This document shows, piece after piece, positions 8,064 to 14,772 of a DNA stretch of 14,772 nt. The notes under the pieces are model-generated. The model saw only the letters and a list, made by a program, of their open reading frames with translations, was not told the origin of the DNA and searched no databases. The DNA is taken from the NCBI GenBank assembly GCA_016839745.1, contig JAEOTS010000171.1, positions 1 to 14,772 on the forward strand, written 5' to 3'. Both the position numbers and the translations under genes were made by a program. The stretch is from Promethearchaeota archaeon (lineage in GTDB: Archaea; Asgardarchaeota; Lokiarchaeia; Sigyniarchaeales; SOKP01). Position 1 is the stretch's first letter. Each line of letters opens with the position of its first letter.

Positions 8064-9008
8064 CTACATTTTAACTAATGAACCAATTGAATCCATTAAG
8101 GTTTCTTTCCTTGGAGCACCCTTCATCAATTCTGATTTAACTCTTTCAGCTAGAATTTGTGGTGTAAAAGGCTTACCCGCATTATCAATTTGGTTATGTG
8201 TATGCCACCCTTGAAATATGTAAACCCTATCTGCGACTACACGAAATACTTCTCCCGAAATTTTCTTTGCGTGATCTGAAGCTAAATATACAACCATAGG
8301 AGCAACATTTGCAGGATCAAACACATCAAATCCAGATTCATCCAATTTATTCATTACTTCAACCATTGTTGGAGTTGCATCAGTTGTGAGTCGTGTTCTA
8401 GCAACTGGAACAATACAATTAACTGTGGCGTATTTTTTTAGTTCCATCGCAGCAATTACGGTAAAAGCGGCAATCCCTGCTTTTGCAGCCCCATAATTAG
8501 TTTGGCCCATGTTCCCTAATAATCCAGCATCAGAAGCAGTATTGATTACTCTTCCGAAATTTTTTAAACTAGGATCAGCTTTTCCCGCTTCTCTAAAATA
8601 AGCAGCTGCATGACGGGTCATACCAAAAGTGCCCTTTAAATGCACAGCAATTATATCATCAAACTCTTCTTCAGACATATTAAAAAGCATACGGTCTCTA
8701 AGGATACCAGCGTTATTCACTACAATATCTAATTTACCAAATTCGGAAACCGCTTGATCGATCATTGCTTTTGTTTTTTTAAAATCAGTAACCGAATCGT
8801 AGTTACCAACTGCTTTAACTCCTAAGTTTCTACATTCCTCAGCAACAAGGTCAGCTACCTTAGCTTCTGCCCCCTTCCCATCAAATCCAGCACCTAAATC
8901 ATTTATTACCAAATTACATCCTTCTTTTGCCATTAATAACGCTTCTTCTCTTCCTAAACCTCGACCCGCGCCAGTAATTATGGCAACCTTTCCGTCTAAC
9001 ATTCCCAT
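8064..9008 (-). CDS. SDR family NAD(P)-dependent oxidoreductase, MFE-2/hydroxyacyl-CoA dehydrogenase-like
   Basis: TGAGRGLG, VINDLG, NNAGILRDRM, VHLKGTF, NTAS, GN.GQTNYGAAK (YxxxK), P.ARTRLT and PANVAPMVVYLAS. Confidence 0.9.
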   Translation of the reverse strand: MGMLDGKVAIITGAGRGLGREEALLMAKEGCNLVINDLGAGFDGKGAEAKVADLVAEECRNLGVKAVGNYDSVTDFKKTKAMIDQAVSEFGKLDIVVNNAGILRDRMLFNMSEEEFDDIIAVHLKGTFGMTRHAAAYFREAGKADPSLKNFGRVINTASDAGLLGNMGQTNYGAAKAGIAAFTVIAAMELKKYATVNCIVPVARTRLTTDATPTMVEVMNKLDESGFDVFDPANVAPMVVYLASDHAKKISGEVFRVVADRVYIFQGWHTHNQIDNAGKPFTPQILAERVKSELMKGAPRKETLMDSIGSLVKM

Positions 9009-9144
9009 TTCTTATCACTTATAAAATTTTAAGATTGAATTTGTTATTGTAGAAACTATTACAAAGTTAAAAAATTTTAAGAATTTGAGATAATTCAATA
9101 AAATACTATATACAATATAATAAAGCAGAAAGTAGAAGATTTTA

Positions 9145-9663
9145 TTGGAAACCGTAACCCATAACCTTGTTGCAGTAATTATTCAAATCCTATGCTTTAA
9201 TTTTTTGATTTTTCCTTGGAATCTGATATTTACAATTATTTTTGCATTTATATCTCATATAATTGTTGATGGTATTGCGGTTATTACCTACCATACGCCA
9301 GATGTTCAAAAGGGAGATAAATTCTGGATTATTTGGCATTATATCATATATGCTGTATCTTTATTCTCAATAATTATTTTTATTATTCCTTATTGGTTAA
9401 GCATGTTATTTGCCAATATCATGGATCTTTGGGATTGGTTCACTTTACGACCTATTCAAAAGAAAATAAGAAATAAAAATCCGGAATCTAAATGGGGTGA
9501 TAAGTATTACTTCCATCGTATTGTTGATTGGGTACGAAAAAAACTATTTTTCTGGCTTCCCAAAAGAGTATATAAACGATCTGGAGTATTGATTGAAATT
9601 TTTTTAATTTGTGCTTTATCCATAAGTTTATTATTTCTTGAAGCATCTATTTTTATTACATAA
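9145..9663 (+). CDS. Hypothetical membrane protein (possible membrane-bound metal-dependent hydrolase-like)
   Basis: TTG start and 4-5 hydrophobic segments. An N-terminal TH, SHIIVD (HxxxD), YH and N.MD..DW are potential metal ligands. Confidence 0.7.
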   Translation: METVTHNLVAVIIQILCFNFLIFPWNLIFTIIFAFISHIIVDGIAVITYHTPDVQKGDKFWIIWHYIIYAVSLFSIIIFIIPYWLSMLFANIMDLWDWFTLRPIQKKIRNKNPESKWGDKYYFHRIVDWVRKKLFFWLPKRVYKRSGVLIEIFLICALSISLLFLEASIFIT

Positions 9664-9702
9664 AAGCTTCTAAACTCATATTAAAAATGGAGAAGAAATT
9701 CT

Positions 9703-10137
9703 ATGAAATTAAGTGAAGAAATGAAAAATAATATAAAAGAGCGGTTAGAGTATAACGATGAAGAGTTAAAAATTTTTCTTGATAACCCCAAAAATATCGA
9801 GATACTTACCAAATCGTTACCATTGTTAAAGAAAACCATAGTCATTGAAGTAATCGAATCGAAAGGATGTATGAGTCAGCATAAAATAGGAGATAAGATT
9901 TATTTTGATGGTTCGGGGAACTTACTTACGAAGTTAAGCCCAAAAAGAATATGTATGTACGCTTTATCGGTTCTAGATACATTGATTAACTCAGCAATCG
10001 AATTGATGTATGTTGGAGCGGATCCAAACGAAATGCGTTTTAAAAGAGTTGGCTGTACTGATATTGGATTAGAATGTGGTGGTTGGGGAAGGATTGTAAT
10101 GGAACTAAAAGTAATTGATAGAAATAAAGTTAATTAG
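9703..10137 (+). CDS. Cys-containing TIGR04076-like protein (paralogue A)
   Basis: IEVIESKGC..HKIGD.IYFDG, RIC.YAL and C-x6-C (CTDIGLEC)GGWG. RBS GGAG at 9689-9692. A clear paralogue at 13277-13723 supports coding status. The family label is from memory. Confidence 0.75.
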   Translation: MKLSEEMKNNIKERLEYNDEELKIFLDNPKNIEILTKSLPLLKKTIVIEVIESKGCMSQHKIGDKIYFDGSGNLLTKLSPKRICMYALSVLDTLINSAIELMYVGADPNEMRFKRVGCTDIGLECGGWGRIVMELKVIDRNKVN

Positions 10138-10534
10138 AAAAATTTTCTATTCCCTGAAAATATTTGAAATAATAAAGATGACTTGGGCAATTACAATCAC
10201 TCGAACCAAAATCTTTAATGTGATTATCTGAAACTTCTGAAATTTCTTTAGAAATAATACACTCCAGCCGGACTATAGTTGGTACTAAATATATAATGGT
10301 TATTAAGGAAATTTTATTAGCTAATAAGTAGTCAATGTGCCAAAAGAGTTTTTTGTTATTTTGTTCAGAAATATGTCTTTTAATTCTATTTTCTAAAGTA
10401 TTAGGACCATTTTTTGCCATAGCAGAACCTATGTATAAGTAATGCCCTTTATCAAAAAAAATTTCTCCCAATGCCCCTATTTGTATACAAACATTTTCCG
10501 GTAGATATATAACTACGATATAACTTCCTTTCAT
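10130..10534 (-). CDS. DUF123 / Uri-superfamily (GIY-YIG) endonuclease
   Basis: KGSY, GHYLYIGSA, RIKRH, KLFWHIDYLL, LEC and FGSSDCNCPSHL are diagnostic DUF123/COG1833 motifs. Confidence 0.9.
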   Translation of the reverse strand: MKGSYIVVIYLPENVCIQIGALGEIFFDKGHYLYIGSAMAKNGPNTLENRIKRHISEQNNKKLFWHIDYLLANKISLITIIYLVPTIVRLECIISKEISEVSDNHIKDFGSSDCNCPSHLYYFKYFQGIENFSN

Positions 10535-10708
10535 TTATTTACAAGCTTTTTTATGATCGTGATAACATCCATCACAGAAACTTTCGTCACATTGTTTACA
10601 AATGTTTGCACAATTATCGCATATTTGATTCCTACATTCATAACAATCATAGAGTCGATCGTTAGGATTTTCTCCACAATTTTCACATATTACTTCTTTT
10701 GTTGGCAT
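10535..10708 (-). CDS. Small multi-CxxC zinc-finger protein (57 aa; not in the ORF track)
   Basis: MPTKEVICENCGENPNDRLYDCYECRNQICDNCANICKQCDESFCDGCYHDHKKACK*: 11 Cys in five CxxC pairs plus HxH..C. Its TAA (10535-10537) directly abuts the ATG of the DUF123 gene. An alternative ATG lies at 10714. Confidence 0.85.
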   Translation of the reverse strand: MPTKEVICENCGENPNDRLYDCYECRNQICDNCANICKQCDESFCDGCYHDHKKACK

Positions 10709-10903
10709 AACCATAGATAAAATTTTAAACTAAAAAAAAACCATTATTTCCTCCTAGATAATTCAAACTTACTGTCTATAAGTTAATGTCTATTGAATAT
10801 TCAAAAGTCTATTCAAAGTTCGCAAATGAAAACTAAATATGTAACAAAAACCCAATATTATTTAACTAAAACCCGAAAAAAAATCGGGGGGAGGTGGCGA
10901 AAT

Positions 10904-11131
10904 TTGACAGAAAGTAAAAAAATAATAATTTTTGAGTTGGAACAAACTTTATCTCAAGCTTTAAAGGAAAGTATTAAAGAGGAGTCTGAACCAGGACTCA
11001 ACAAGACCCCTTTCAAAATACCGGAGTCGAGAGAGATAGATAAGAAAAGAATGATTAAAAAATGGAAACAATCAGCAGGATATTATAATTTAAATCCTGA
11101 AAAATTCCGATTTAGTTTGAAAAACTTATAA
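10904..11131 (+). CDS. Hypothetical small protein (75 aa, TTG start)
   Basis: Same frame as ORF 10793..11131, but a strong RBS (GGAGGTGG, 10890-10897) places the start at TTG 10904: MTESKKIIIFELEQ...PEKFRFSLKNL. Confidence 0.7.
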   Translation: MTESKKIIIFELEQTLSQALKESIKEESEPGLNKTPFKIPESREIDKKRMIKKWKQSAGYYNLNPEKFRFSLKNL

Positions 11132-11159
11132 AAATTATAAATTAGGAGGTGAAAATAAT

Positions 11160-11408
11160 ATGGAGCAAGTGCTCGTAAGGAAAGAGGAACCAGAATTAAA
11201 ACTTGAATTAGTAGTTTTAGAAGAAGTTCCTGTTAAACACGAATTACTTGAAGAAGCGAAACCACAGGAAGAACAGAAACCAGTCAGTAAAGCGCTATTG
11301 AAATTACTGAAGAAAGGAAAGTATAATGCAAAATATCTGGAAGAGTTAGTTTCCCCGGATGCCGCCAAGAGAAATGTTCACTACTACAGTAATTATGGAT
11401 ACTTCTAA
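11160..11408 (+). CDS. Hypothetical small protein (82 aa)
   Basis: Perfect RBS AGGAGGTGA (11144-11152) before ATG 11160. Glu-rich N-half, basic helix and Tyr-rich C-terminus. T-tracts follow the stop. Confidence 0.8.
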   Translation: MEQVLVRKEEPELKLELVVLEEVPVKHELLEEAKPQEEQKPVSKALLKLLKKGKYNAKYLEELVSPDAAKRNVHYYSNYGYF

Positions 11409-11415
11409 ATCTAAA

Positions 11416-11435
11416 TTTTTTTTTATTCTTTTTTT
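11416..11435 (+). terminator. Oligo-T terminator after the small-ORF pair
   Basis: A T9 run followed by attc and a T7 run immediately after the stop at 11408. Confidence 0.5.
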
Positions 11436-11442
11436 AAAAATA

Positions 11443-12294
11443 TTAGTAATTATAGAATCCCTTTTTTGTTTTTCGACCAATCTGATTATCTTTTACCATT
11501 TCAATTAATAAAGGACTCGGCTGATAATATTGCCCTAATTTCTCGGATAAATATTCTCCTATGTGAAGATAAATATCGTTACCCACTAAATCAGATAGTT
11601 CTAATGGGCCCATTGGAAAGTTAAAAGCTAATTTAACCGCAGTATCTATATCTTCCGTACTCGCGATGCCTTCTTGCTTCATATTTATTGCCTCGTTACA
11701 TAAAACATAAATAAGTCTAGTTGTAATAAATCCAGGAGAGTCATTCACAGTTACAACGGTTTTATTCAAACTTTCGGAAAACTTTTTAGCTCTATCCATA
11801 ATTTCATCTGATGTGTTCTTTCCTTTAATTAATTCTATTAATTTCATAACTGGAGCAGGGTTAAAGAAGTGAATACCTACGATTCTTTCTCGACTTTTTG
11901 ATTTCATCGCCATGTCTGTTATACTCAAAGATGATGTGTTAGAAGCTAATATAACTTCTTTATCGCACTTCTCGTCTAAATCAGATAATAATTGTTGTTT
12001 TAAAGCCATATCTTCATAAACTGCTTCAACTACCATTTGAACACCCTTTATCGCTTCGTCTCTGTTAGTAATTAAACGGATTCTATTAAGAATATTCTCT
12101 GCTTCTTCACTTGATATTTTATTCTTTGATACAAAGAATCTATTCAAGTTCTTATCAATACTTACTTTAGCCTTCTTCAATAATCCTTCGTTTATGTCAA
12201 CTAAATTTACATGATATCCGTGGGTTGCTGCTAATTGTGCAATTCCTGATCCCATGACTCCAGCACCTATTACACATACATTTTTTATTTCCAT
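11443..12294 (-). CDS. 3-hydroxyacyl-CoA (3-hydroxybutyryl-CoA) dehydrogenase
   Basis: VIGAGVMGSGIAQ (Rossmann fold), VEAVYED..LK, ASNTSSLSIT, GIHFFNPAPVMKLIE, DSPGFI..R, PMGPLEL.DLVG.D and GRKT.KGFY. Confidence 0.93.
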   Translation of the reverse strand: MEIKNVCVIGAGVMGSGIAQLAATHGYHVNLVDINEGLLKKAKVSIDKNLNRFFVSKNKISSEEAENILNRIRLITNRDEAIKGVQMVVEAVYEDMALKQQLLSDLDEKCDKEVILASNTSSLSITDMAMKSKSRERIVGIHFFNPAPVMKLIELIKGKNTSDEIMDRAKKFSESLNKTVVTVNDSPGFITTRLIYVLCNEAINMKQEGIASTEDIDTAVKLAFNFPMGPLELSDLVGNDIYLHIGEYLSEKLGQYYQPSPLLIEMVKDNQIGRKTKKGFYNY

Positions 12295-12301
12295 AACTCC
12301 A

Positions 12302-13093
12302 TCACTTCTTCCTAAATTTCATAAAATCTGCTTTACGCTTTTCAACAAAAGCGTTTTTCCCTTCTACCGCCTCTTCAGTGCCATAATAAAGAGATAATCC
12401 CCCAACACCCAATTGTGTGATACCGGGAGTTCCATCTGATTCTGCCAAGAACGCAAACTTCAACATTTTCAACGCTATTGGACTTCTTTCTAATATCTCT
12501 TGACACCACTTTTCTATTTCTTCATCTAATTTTTCATAAGGTACAACAGCATTTACTAAACCCATATCTAACGCTTGTTGAGCCGTATATCTCCGACAAA
12601 GAAACCATATTTCTTTCGCTCGTTTTACTCCAACAGCCCGCATTAAATCGCCTGTTCCATATCCAGGATCAAAAGACCCGACGCGTGGTCCTGCTTGCCC
12701 AAGTTGAGCGTGTTCTGCTGCAATGCTTAGATCACATGCAACATGCCATACATGTCCTCCTCCGATTGCATATCCATTTACTCGAGCAATAACTGGTTTG
12801 GGTAGAGTGCGAATTAAACGAGTGACATGCTGCCAGCCAACCTCTAAAGGCAACATGAATTCTCCTTTGTAACCTCCCTTCTCGCGAGTGGTTTGATCAC
12901 CACCAGTACAAAAAGCTTTTTCTCCTGCGCCAGTAAATACAACAACACCTATTTCGTTATCCATACACCTATTAAATGCGTCGATCAGTTCATGGACTGT
13001 TCGTTGTGTGCAAGCATTGTAGCGTTGGGGTCGATTGATGGTTATACGAGCTATACCATCTTTCTTATCAAAAATTATATCTTCATAATCCAA
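12302..13093 (-). CDS. Crotonase of the MenB (DHNA-CoA synthase)/BadI (2-ketocyclohexanecarboxyl-CoA hydrolase) clade
   Basis: ITINRP..YNA, AFCTGGDQ, PKPVIARVNGYAIGGGHV, GQAGPRVGSFDPGYGT, KRAKEIWFLCRRY and LYYGTEEA.EG..AF.EKR. TTG start with RBS GGAGATGA; 7 nt from the next gene. Confidence 0.88.
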   Translation of the reverse strand: MDYEDIIFDKKDGIARITINRPQRYNACTQRTVHELIDAFNRCMDNEIGVVVFTGAGEKAFCTGGDQTTREKGGYKGEFMLPLEVGWQHVTRLIRTLPKPVIARVNGYAIGGGHVWHVACDLSIAAEHAQLGQAGPRVGSFDPGYGTGDLMRAVGVKRAKEIWFLCRRYTAQQALDMGLVNAVVPYEKLDEEIEKWCQEILERSPIALKMLKFAFLAESDGTPGITQLGVGGLSLYYGTEEAVEGKNAFVEKRKADFMKFRKK

Positions 13094-13193
13094 TTAATCT
13101 CATCTCCACAAAATTTAATTTTCAGTTTTATAATTGATCAATAAGAATGATCTTGAAATATTTATTTCGGTCAAAAAAATTATTAATTACACA

Positions 13194-13215
13194 TCGTGAA
13201 ACTTCTGTTTCACGA
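13194..13215. promoter_or_regulatory. Perfect 9-bp inverted repeat (operator or terminator hairpin)
   Basis: TCGTGAAAC-TTCT-GTTTCACGA, about 100 nt upstream of the crotonase start and about 60 nt downstream of the paralogue B stop. Confidence 0.55.
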
Positions 13216-13276
13216 AAATACGACGAAAAAAAATGTCAAATTTCTATTTTTTCTTAGGATGAGCATATTTTTTTAA

Positions 13277-13723
13277 TTATAATACTTGCTCTTTTTTGAC
13301 TTTTCTACGCTTTTCTACTCTGATCTCCATAACAATTCTACCCCATCCACCACACCTTACTCCTACATCCCAGCAACTGGCTCTATTAAATATCATTTCA
13401 TTAGGATCAACCCCCGCCATGAATAGCTCAAATACTCCACAAACCAATCGATCCATTTCACTTAAAGCAGAGATACACATCTTTTCGGGACATTTTCTAG
13501 TAAGTAAATTTATCCCCTCAAAATAGAACTTGTCACCAACTTTATGCTGACTTACGCATCCATGTGACTCAATTACCTCTATCACTATTGCTTTACTCTG
13601 TAGAGCGAATATCTTGGATAACACAACTTCATTTTTTGGGTTTTCCAAGAATAATTCCATTTCCTCGTCGTTATAACCAAAATTTTCTTTAATACGGGTG
13701 ATAGCTTCTTCGCTCAACTTCAT
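13277..13723 (-). CDS. Cys-containing TIGR04076-like protein (paralogue B)
   Basis: IEVIESHGC.SQHKVGDKFYF, KMC.SAL and CWDVGVRCGGWGRIVME. RBS AAGGAGG (13731-13737, minus strand). About 82 of 144 residues identical to paralogue A by hand alignment. Confidence 0.8.
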   Translation of the reverse strand: MKLSEEAITRIKENFGYNDEEMELFLENPKNEVVLSKIFALQSKAIVIEVIESHGCVSQHKVGDKFYFEGINLLTRKCPEKMCISALSEMDRLVCGVFELFMAGVDPNEMIFNRASCWDVGVRCGGWGRIVMEIRVEKRRKVKKEQVL

Positions 13724-14045
13724 TAATTTGCCTCCTTAAATTATTCTTTAGATTTCTGGTAATTCTTTTTAGGATATTTACATAAATGTCATGATATTAT
13801 TTAAATGCATTAGGTTATATTCCAAGGAGCTGATTTCTAAGCCGGTTTCAAAAGTTCCTGATTAAATTCTTCAATGCAATCCTCTACTTTCGACATTTTT
13901 ATCATAAAGAAATTTTATATTTTAATTTTTTTCTTTTAGTAAAATTTTTAGCACCTAGAGAAGTTAAGAGTTCTAAGTCTAATAAAATGATCACCTTTAT
14001 ATTAGATGATGATGAAACAAGATTATTTAAAGGTGAAGTATTCAT

Positions 14046-14772
14046 ATGAACGCAGAATCTAAAAAAACACGGCTCATCTTCCTTGATAATATTAAGGTCT
14101 TATTCACTGTTCTCGTGATTTTCACACATGTTAGGGTCTCCTACGGAGGGGAAGGATCGTGGTATTATATCGCCACGCTAAATGAAGCTAATCCTGCGGA
14201 TGTTATCACAATTACAATCCTTTATATGATAGCCGGAATTGGAGGGATTTTTCTGGCCTCTACTATGGGATTATTCTTTTTGATGAGTGCTTATTTTACT
14301 CCCAAGAGTTATGATCGAAAGAGTGTTCCGGGATTCTGGAAAGAACGATTACTTCGTCTCGGCATTCCCATCCTTTTATATATTTTAGTATTTAATCCTA
14401 TTATTGCTTATCTCCTAGCTGTTGGAGGAGTTCTACCATATAGCTCTTACCCAAGGTTCCAAAATTCTTTTATAGACTATTATTTAAGTAATTTTCAATC
14501 CCTAGATAATTTCGTTGGATTTTTAACAGACTTTTCCATTACTTGGTTTCTCGTTGTTCTATTAATTTTTTCTGTTGTTTATACTATTTGGCGTCAGATA
14601 ACGAAAATAAATTCGATACAGCAACGCATCCCGAAGGAATTACACATCCCAAAATATATTTATTTACTCCTCTTAGCTTTTGGATTAGGATTTCTCTCTT
14701 TTTTACTTCGCCTAGTTGTTCCCGTAGAACAATTTCCGTTTGGATTACCACTTGCTTATATGATTCAGTATT
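14046..14772 (+). CDS. Acyltransferase family 3 (Acyl_transf_3/OpgC-like) membrane protein, partial (runs off the right edge)
   Basis: ATG 14046 after AGGTGA (14031-14036). Reads MNAESKKTRLIFLDNIKVLFTVLVIFTH..SYGG.GSWYY...MGLFFLMSAYFTPKSYDRK....FWKERLLRLGIP, the R..LD..K/R..LV..H, FF..S and R..RL..P motifs of Acyl_transf_3, followed by several hydrophobic segments. Confidence 0.88.
   Translation, partial: MNAESKKTRLIFLDNIKVLFTVLVIFTHVRVSYGGEGSWYYIATLNEANPADVITITILYMIAGIGGIFLASTMGLFFLMSAYFTPKSYDRKSVPGFWKERLLRLGIPILLYILVFNPIIAYLLAVGGVLPYSSYPRFQNSFIDYYLSNFQSLDNFVGFLTDFSITWFLVVLLIFSVVYTIWRQITKINSIQQRIPKELHIPKYIYLLLLAFGLGFLSFLLRLVVPVEQFPFGLPLAYMIQY

Noticed and set aside
10793-10903. N-terminal 37 codons of the 112-aa ORF
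   Set aside because: A strong RBS precedes TTG 10904, and the upstream part looks like promoter/UTR sequence (repeats, hairpin).
11135-13526. Antisense ORFs 11135..11368, 12478..12792, 12893..13144 and 13296..13526
   Set aside because: They overlap better-supported genes on the other strand that have an RBS or family motifs, and carry no recognisable motifs of their own.
9703-13723. Paralogue pair as terminal inverted repeats of a mobile element, or DUF123 as a homing endonuclease
   Set aside because: The similarity is diverged and protein-level. No transposase, integrase, target-site duplication or intron context is seen, and DUF123 is a common chromosomal archaeal gene.
13837-13905. 22-aa minus-strand ORF MIKMSKVEDCIEEFNQELLKPA* in the last intergenic region
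   Set aside because: Too short, no RBS and no recognisable motif. It could be a gene remnant but cannot be supported.
1-14772. Selenocysteine/pyrrolysine recoding, tRNA/rRNA genes, CRISPR arrays
   Set aside because: No conserved gene is interrupted by an in-frame TGA or TAG, and no cloverleaf, rRNA-like segment or regularly spaced repeats were seen by eye. A covariance-model search was not possible.

Overview
AT-rich, gene-dense chromosomal segment, most likely from an Asgard archaeon (Lokiarchaeia-like). That assignment is an inference from an archaeal-type AsnRS, GGAGGTGA/AGGTGA ribosome-binding sites, oligo-T terminators and a stand-alone roadblock/LC7 gene. The left part is a translation/amino-acid cluster: the 3' end of a pyruvoyl-dependent arginine decarboxylase, asnS, an MBL-fold hydrolase, and gatA-gatB with no adjacent gatC. 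The middle holds a roadblock protein, an M20/AbgB-like amidohydrolase, a hypothetical protein, an MFE-2-like SDR and a membrane protein. On the right, two convergent paralogues of a 4-Cys TIGR04076-like protein flank a DUF123 GIY-YIG nuclease, two small SD-led orphan proteins and a MenB/BadI-like crotonase plus 3-hydroxyacyl-CoA dehydrogenase operon. A partial Acyl_transf_3 gene closes the window. The ORF track misses or truncates several genes: a 57-aa protein with five CxxC motifs (SIVA/B-box-like spacing) abutting the GIY-YIG nuclease, a CTG start for gatB (4183) and a probable ATA start for the MBL gene (2493). No RNA genes, CRISPR arrays or mobile elements were recognised. All family calls come from motif recognition by eye, not from searches.
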